A DNA stretch of 64,000 bases, taken from contig OZ241917.1 in NCBI GenBank assembly GCA_965203805.1, positions 1,024,001 through 1,088,000 on the forward strand. The letters run 5' to 3'. Within the stretch, counting starts at the first letter, position 1. Each line of letters opens with the position of its first letter. Shown here piece after piece: positions 58,773 through 64,000 of this stretch. The notes below the pieces were generated by a model. It made no database searches and was not told where the DNA came from. It was given only the letters and a program-made list of their open reading frames with translations. The position numbers were made by a program, and so were the translations under genes. The DNA is from Candidatus Latescibacterota bacterium. GTDB lineage: Bacteria > Latescibacterota > UBA2968 > GCA-2709665.

Positions 58773-59224
58773 GTGTCCTCTCCGTGGTCAAGCATGAATC
58801 TGCGTACACCGGATTCCGGTGTGTCAATCCGGATGCGCAAGGCCCGTGCAGGCAGCAGGGATCCTGCGCGCTCCGCCCATTCGATCAGGCAGATGCCGTT
58901 ACCGGCCAGATAGTCGTCCCACCCGAGGTCGATGAGCGATTCGACGTCCGGCAGCCTGTACAGATCGAAGTGGTAGACCGAAATCGGACGCGACGCGGCG
59001 TCGTGGCCGCGGTACTCATTTACCAGAATGAACGTGGGACTGGTTACCCGGTCCGCCACGTTCAGCCCTTCACAGATGCCCTGTGCAAGGCAGGTCTTGC
59101 CGCTGCCGAGGTCTCCGATCAGTCCGACAGAATCACCCGGCCGCAAACGAGCGGACAACTCCCTTCCGAACGCTCGTGTCTGGTCCGGCGACGTGGAATT
59201 GAATTCTACACTCAAGTTCTGCAT
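58769..59224 (-). CDS. tsaE: tRNA t6A37 biosynthesis ATPase TsaE
   Basis: LIGDLGSGKT, VTSPTF.LVNEY, YHFDLYRL, LIEW. Confidence 0.95.
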   Translation of the reverse strand: MQNLSVEFNSTSPDQTRAFGRELSARLRPGDSVGLIGDLGSGKTCLAQGICEGLNVADRVTSPTFILVNEYRGHDAASRPISVYHFDLYRLPDVESLIDLGWDDYLAGNGICLIEWAERAGSLLPARALRIRIDTPESGVRRFMLDHGEDT

Positions 59225-59268
59225 CCGGGTATTCTCGGAGGGCGGGGATTCCGGGCAGGCGCCTCCTG

Positions 59269-60825
59269 CTATTTGCCCCTCAAAACCGCAACCGGCAGGA
59301 CCATCTCCTCGAGGGATATGCCGCCGTGCTGGAAACTGTTCGCGTAATATCGCTGGTATTCGTTGAATTTCGTGGGATAGACGAAATAGTAGTCCTCCCG
59401 CGAGATGATGTACGTGGTACCCATCCCCAGATCGGGCAGGCGATAGACATGCGGATCCGCGATGTAGACCGCGTGCCGGGCGTCGCATCGAAGGTGTTTG
59501 CCGTATTTGTATCGGAGATTGGTGGACGTATCCCGGTTTCCGTGCGCGACGGTCGCCCGGGTACTCATTACGCAGCCGTGGTCGGTTGTCAATACCACGG
59601 TGGTATCTGTTTCGGCCAGCTTTCGCAACATTTCAAACAACGATGAATGGGAAAACCAGGACCGGCTCAACGACCGATAGGCGGACTCGTTTGGCGCCAT
59701 TTCTTTCAGAATATCCGATTCCGACCTCCCATGCGCCAGAATATCCAGGAAATTGAACACCACCGACATCAAGGGAAAGGACCGGTAAGAGTGCACCTTT
59801 TTGACGAGATGGTTGCCCTCCGCGATGTCCAGCACCTTCACGTACCGGGTGTCCAGCTTCAACGTGGGATCGAGTTCCTGAATCTGGTGATCGAGGAGCT
59901 GATGCTCGTGCCGGTTTCGGCTGTTGTCGTCGTCCCAGCCCGAACGCCACTCCTGCGGATACAACCTGGCGACGTCGCTGGGGAAGAGACCACTGAATAT
60001 GGCGTTTCGCGAATAAGGCGTGGCCGTAGGGAGAATGGAATAGTGGTAGTGTTGCTCGATATTGAATAGTTCGGACAAGAGCGGTGCGATTGCGAGCCAG
60101 TGATCCAGTCGCAGACAGTCCACAACCACGAGGAATACCTGCTGACCCTCCTGAAGCGCGGGTAACACAAACTCGCTCACCACGTCGACGGATAACACGG
60201 GGGAATCCATATCATCCTCAAGCCAGAGGGGATAATTGGCTTCCACGAAGCGTCCGAACGCCCGGTTGCACGCCCGCCGCAAATCCTCGTGCATCTTTCT
60301 CAGTCCGGCGTCGTAAAACCGGTCCAGTTCCAGGTCCCACTCGGAAAGCTTCACATGGATATCGATCCAATCCTGCCAGGTCGCTTCGCCTGCCATCAAG
60401 GCACGGATTCGATTCGACACGGCGGCGTAATCCAACCCCATTCGCCCCGTCACAATCTGGCGTGCATCGAGCAGTTTCTTGCAGGCCGAGAGAATCTGGC
60501 TCGGGTTCACCGGTTTGGTCAGATAATCGTCGATCCGATGGCCCAGCGCCTCTTCCATCAGGCGTTCTTCTTCGTTCTTCGTTATCATGATGACGGGGAT
60601 ATCGGGGTTGATTTCCTTGATCATCGCCAGCGTGGAAAGCCCGCCTCGACCCGCCATCATTTCATCCAGAAGGACGATGTCGAACCCCCGCTGCTTCACC
60701 ATGTCGATGGCGTCGTCCCCGTTCGTCACCGGCGTCACCTTATACCCGCGGGACCCGAGAAACATCGTATGCGACCTCAGGAGGTCAATTTCGTCGTCTG
60801 CCCACAAAACCTGCTTTTCTTTCAT
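59269..60825 (-). CDS. PorX-like response regulator (receiver domain plus PglZ/alkaline-phosphatase-like domain)
   Basis: LWADDEIDLL, LLDEMM, MITKNEEE, YLTKPVNPSQIL; PglZ motifs VDCLRLD, SILPTATPYSRNAIFSG, NFLDILAH, TTDHG, FQHGGISLEEM. Confidence 0.93.
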   Translation of the reverse strand: MKEKQVLWADDEIDLLRSHTMFLGSRGYKVTPVTNGDDAIDMVKQRGFDIVLLDEMMAGRGGLSTLAMIKEINPDIPVIMITKNEEERLMEEALGHRIDDYLTKPVNPSQILSACKKLLDARQIVTGRMGLDYAAVSNRIRALMAGEATWQDWIDIHVKLSEWDLELDRFYDAGLRKMHEDLRRACNRAFGRFVEANYPLWLEDDMDSPVLSVDVVSEFVLPALQEGQQVFLVVVDCLRLDHWLAIAPLLSELFNIEQHYHYSILPTATPYSRNAIFSGLFPSDVARLYPQEWRSGWDDDNSRNRHEHQLLDHQIQELDPTLKLDTRYVKVLDIAEGNHLVKKVHSYRSFPLMSVVFNFLDILAHGRSESDILKEMAPNESAYRSLSRSWFSHSSLFEMLRKLAETDTTVVLTTDHGCVMSTRATVAHGNRDTSTNLRYKYGKHLRCDARHAVYIADPHVYRLPDLGMGTTYIISREDYYFVYPTKFNEYQRYYANSFQHGGISLEEMVLPVAVLRGK

Positions 60826-60845
60826 GGCGTTCAAGCTCCAGGCCG

Positions 60846-62186
60846 TTAAGACGCCTTCCGGTCATCCACCGGCCTCACGGGTAGTGAAATGAGGAACGTG
60901 GTTCCCATGCCCGGCAGACTCTCCTGAACGGAAATCCTGCCTCGATGATAGTCTTCGACAATCCGCTTGACGAAGGCCAGCCCCAGCCCCCAACCCCGGT
61001 CCTTCGTACTGTATCCGGGGAGAAAGACCTGCTTGATCAGATGGGGTTGAATCCCTTTGCCATTGTCCCGAACCCGGACGTCCACCCACTCGCCCTCCGA
61101 CCGGACATCCGCCGAGATTTCGATCCTGCCGCCCTTGCCCTCCATGGCGTCAGCCGCGTTCTTGAACAGGTTTTCGAATGCCCAGCCCAACAACTGCCGA
61201 TTCAGCGGTACCGGTGGAACGTCGTAGTCGCGCTGTACGATCCGGACCTCCCGCGAGAGCCGGCCGCGCAGATAGGATGCCGTCTCCTCGACCACGCGGC
61301 GGAGGTTTTCGAGACGAAGCTCCGGCGTGGAGCCGATCAGGCTGAAACGGGAAACGATCTTGTTCAAGCGGCTGGTATCCTCCTCCATCGCGACCACAAT
61401 CTGGTTGAACCGCCGGCGCGTGTCGTCATCCACCGGACCCGGCGAATGCTCGAGTTCCGATTTCATCAACTCTATCCAGCCGTACAGCGAGGAGAGCGGT
61501 GTGCCGAGCTGGTGGGCGGTCTCGCGAGCCATCCCGATCCAGATCGACCGCTGTTCGCTGTTTTTCAGATTGCGAAAACCGAGATAGCCCACCCCGACAA
61601 AGAGCGCGGTTACGCAGAGCGCAACCCAGGGAAGCCACGCCAACCGCCGTACCAGGGGTGAATCGCCATAGTGCAGTACGCGCGGGCCGATCTGCGGGAT
61701 TTCAAACGAGTACGGCGGATTCTCGTTATCAAGACGCCGAACGATCCGTTCCATCTGTTTCCGGTCGTCGGGACTGAGGTCGCCCGGGTTGCCCTGCGGT
61801 ATCTCGATGGCTTTCCACATATGGGGTTCCCCGTTCTCACCGGTAATGACCACGGGGAAATTGGCGTTTTTTATGGTCTGAAATATCGAATTGACGTCAA
61901 GATCCCTGACAACCACGGTATCCTGCGTGGCCATCCCGTAGAAGAACGCAAGCCTCTTGATAATGTCGCGCGAATCCCGACGCATCGGTTCCACAACGAA
62001 GATCTGCATATAGACCAGAAAAGCCAGGATAATGACCGTTGCGGCCAGAAACAGATAGGCTCCCAGGCTGTACGAACTCTTGAGCCCGACTCTCAGCCGG
62101 CCCTTTCGTACCACCGGCGCGCCCATGGGTCCCAGGGTCATTGGCCCGCCTGTTCGATCTGTCAGATCCTTTGTTCCCGCGCCCAT
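60846..62186 (-). CDS. Sensor histidine kinase, PorY-like
   Basis: Two TM segments; EQRSIWIGMARETAHQLGTPLSSL H-box, RFSLIGS.P.L, WAFENLFKNAADAM, DNGKGI, F.PGYSTK.RGWGLGL, RIVEDYH.G. Confidence 0.9.
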   Translation of the reverse strand: MGAGTKDLTDRTGGPMTLGPMGAPVVRKGRLRVGLKSSYSLGAYLFLAATVIILAFLVYMQIFVVEPMRRDSRDIIKRLAFFYGMATQDTVVVRDLDVNSIFQTIKNANFPVVITGENGEPHMWKAIEIPQGNPGDLSPDDRKQMERIVRRLDNENPPYSFEIPQIGPRVLHYGDSPLVRRLAWLPWVALCVTALFVGVGYLGFRNLKNSEQRSIWIGMARETAHQLGTPLSSLYGWIELMKSELEHSPGPVDDDTRRRFNQIVVAMEEDTSRLNKIVSRFSLIGSTPELRLENLRRVVEETASYLRGRLSREVRIVQRDYDVPPVPLNRQLLGWAFENLFKNAADAMEGKGGRIEISADVRSEGEWVDVRVRDNGKGIQPHLIKQVFLPGYSTKDRGWGLGLAFVKRIVEDYHRGRISVQESLPGMGTTFLISLPVRPVDDRKAS

Positions 62187-62417
62187 CGGCGGGTCCCCCT
62201 TCTCCTACCTCAACGTCCTGGGTTTCGTTAAGTTCCGTGCTATTGCCCGGACGCCGGCAGCGGATACGAAATCGCGCGGGCCGGCAGAGAAAATGCCGGT
62301 CCGCTCTTCGGTCGCGGAACCGGGAGAATTGCGGCTGTCGAGCGGGACGGAACGGCACGCGGACGCACAGAAAGTATACGTATTTTGCAAGCATCCAGTC
62401 AACCAAAGAAAAAGCGT

Positions 62418-62446
62418 TTGCATTATCTCTTTCGTATATATATATT
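62418..62446 (+). promoter_or_regulatory. Putative strong sigma70 promoter for rpsU
   Basis: TTGCAT-N17-TATATT preceded by an A-rich UP-like tract. Confidence 0.65.
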
Positions 62447-62573
62447 TGGAGCCACTAATTTCCTGGAGGACGGGCACGCGCGCGGGAAGCCGGGCCGACG
62501 TCCGGTTGTCGGGTCCTCAGGCGCCACCGCACTGCCGGTTTCCACGGGAAACGGAAAGGAGGGAGTCCAGCTT

Positions 62574-62771
62574 ATGGCCAGGGTTGTGGTGAGAGATGAC
62601 GAGCCCTTTGAAAAAGCGCTGAAGAGGTTCAAGAAAACCTGCGAAAAGGCAGGGATTATGACGGAGATGAAAAAGCATCAGCATTTCGAGAAACCCAGCG
62701 AACGCCGGAAGCGAAAAATCGCGGCGGCAAAGCGGAAGCGCATGAAATTCGAAACGCGATTCAACCAATAG
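62574..62771 (+). CDS. rpsU: 30S ribosomal protein S21
   Basis: MARVVVRDDEPFEKALKRFKKTCEKAGIMTEMKKHQHFEKPSERRKRK; AAGGAGG RBS. Confidence 0.97.
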   Translation: MARVVVRDDEPFEKALKRFKKTCEKAGIMTEMKKHQHFEKPSERRKRKIAAAKRKRMKFETRFNQ

Positions 62772-62795
62772 ATCGAACCTGGCAGTACGGCAACG

Positions 62796-62837
62796 ACAAC
62801 CGCACCGATTCGCCTTCGGATGCGGTTGTATTTTTTG
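62796..62837 (+). terminator. Intrinsic terminator after rpsU
   Basis: ACAACCGCA-CCGA / TCGG-A-TGCGGTTGT stem followed by ATTTTTTG. Confidence 0.75.
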
Positions 62838-62972
62838 CGTCTCGTTGTTGAGGTCCATCTTTCCGGCCAATGCCGTCGCGGAACCCCGCCCCCGGTTCTT
62901 CCATCCGGACTGGCGTTCCGGAAACAGATCACCGGTTTCCCCGACTGCACACCCCGTCAGACGGAGGACCGA

Positions 62973-63644
62973 ATGAATATTGTCGATCTGATCTTGCTGA
63001 TCGGGCTCGCCTGCATGGTTTTCAGAGGGTGCCGCATCGGATTGGTTCGGGGCCTGGTCGGCCTGGTCAGTTTCGTCCTGGCTTACGGACTGGGCCTCGC
63101 GTACGGCGGTGCGGTCTCGGAGTGGATTTCGGGCGATGGCGTCGGCCATGGCACGGCCCTGCTGGGCTTTTTCTGCATTTTCCTCGCGACGTTGATCGCG
63201 TGCTACCTTCTGGGACGGATGCTTCAGGCCATGCTCAAGGCCACCCCCCTGGGCGCCGTGGACACGTTGGGGGGAGGCGCCTTCGGCCTCGCGCAGGGGG
63301 TGCTCCTGCTGGGGTTGCTGATCCTGTTGCTGAGGGCATACCCCCCTCACCCCCGGGTGAGTAATTACATTGACGACGCGCGGCTGGCACGCCAAGTGCA
63401 GCAGGCCTGCCTTGTTCTGATGGATGCCGTCAGGTCCGCCGTTCCAAGGGCGTCGGAATTCTACAAATATCTGGTGCCCGACCAACAGCAAGAGTCGTCG
63501 ATTCAACCTTTCGTGGACAGTGTGACCAGAGAGACCGGAAAAGCAGGCGCCCGGCTGAAGGGGCTTCTGGAGGAGTCCGGAACGACGGCAAAGGAAACGT
63601 CGGAGAATCCGCCACCGAACGCACCGGACGGCGAACGCAAATAG
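62973..63644 (+). CDS. cvpA: CvpA family membrane protein
   Basis: MNIVDLILLI...RG...GLVR, four TM segments, VDTLGGGAFGLAQG; GGAGG RBS. Confidence 0.88.
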   Translation: MNIVDLILLIGLACMVFRGCRIGLVRGLVGLVSFVLAYGLGLAYGGAVSEWISGDGVGHGTALLGFFCIFLATLIACYLLGRMLQAMLKATPLGAVDTLGGGAFGLAQGVLLLGLLILLLRAYPPHPRVSNYIDDARLARQVQQACLVLMDAVRSAVPRASEFYKYLVPDQQQESSIQPFVDSVTRETGKAGARLKGLLEESGTTAKETSENPPPNAPDGERK

Positions 63645-63718
63645 CGGACGCGGCTGCCGTCGCGGGGTCTCATTGCACCGCGAATCATCCACGGTCTTCC
63701 CAATCGATCCATGACGTC

Positions 63719-64000
63719 ATGACCCTGCCCCCCAAAACCCTCCAGACCCTCGAATTCGATAAAATCCTCGATTTAATCGCGAAACGCACCATTTCCGCTC
63801 TTGGGCAATCCGAAGTCGAAAGCCTGGCGCCGACAGACAGTCCCGAGTGCGTCGAAGCCCGGCTCCGTCCTGTTCTCGAAGCCATGTACCTGATCGGGTA
63901 CGACGATCCCGTACCAATCGGGCGTATGCCCGACATTCGCGCCGCGGCGAATAACGCCTCCGTACCGGGTACGACGCTCACCGTTACCGAACTGATCCAG
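63719..64000 (+). CDS. mutS2: MutS2 (N-terminal part; runs off the window end)
   Basis: Read manually: MTLPPKTLQTLEFDKILDLIAKRTISALGQSEVESLAP... with the LEFDKI N-terminal signature; common cvpA-mutS2 synteny. Confidence 0.85.
   Translation, partial: MTLPPKTLQTLEFDKILDLIAKRTISALGQSEVESLAPTDSPECVEARLRPVLEAMYLIGYDDPVPIGRMPDIRAAANNASVPGTTLTVTELIQ

Noticed and set aside
59269-60825. PglZ domain as a sign of BREX defence
   Set aside because: It is fused to a receiver domain in PorX architecture, and no brxC, pglX or brxL is present.
62435-62446. Short (TA)n run as a phase-variable microsatellite
   Set aside because: Only about five units, and it coincides with the rpsU -10 region.
1-64000. Many long antisense or alternate-frame ORFs (e.g. 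22455-24056, 45640-47379, 27885-29276, 43455-44549, 62517-63692)
   Set aside because: They overlap well-supported genes, lack recognisable motifs and are expected shadows in GC-rich DNA.
1-64000. tRNA, rRNA, CRISPR array, integrase, transposase or prophage genes
   Set aside because: No cloverleaf, regularly spaced direct repeats or recombinase motifs were seen by eye. Small RNAs could have been missed without covariance searches.

Overview
GC-rich bacterial chromosomal segment with about 48 protein-coding genes, mostly housekeeping or metabolic. I found no rRNA, tRNA, CRISPR array, prophage or transposase. The gene set (PorX/PglZ regulator next to tsaE, YjbH-like barrel, rpsU-cvpA-mutS2, many Gfo/Idh/MocA and sugar enzymes) suggests a diderm of or near the FCB superphylum; this is inference. 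Contents include a truncated MATE transporter, flavin disulfide reductase, MFS, GGT, core MetE-like enzyme, ArgE-like peptidase, acyl-CoA ligase, sugar catabolism genes, a double-length UvrA, PhnA, AlkD-like and OGG-like glycosylases, a CNT transporter, gmd with a divergent CysE-like acyltransferase and a GT2-flippase-GT4-DUF3047 block. Further along are an ABC exporter with DUF1854, a Rieske plus His-repeat helical protein, an orphan RND coupled to queC, a KamA-family radical SAM, UPF0182-murQ, a non-canonical ClpX-like ATPase divergent from rqcH, a PorY-like/PorX-like/tsaE/yjbH operon and rpsU-cvpA-mutS2. Best leads: (1) a possible ribosome-quality-control module (rewired ClpX paralog, RqcH, nearby MutS2); (2) physically linked PorY-like kinase and PorX-like PglZ regulator; (3) the Rieske/His-repeat protein with its own promoter and operator; (4) the zinc-ribbon ABC exporter with DUF1854; (5) a 168-bp MITE-like element that supplies a stop codon. 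All family calls come from motif recognition by eye, not from database searches.
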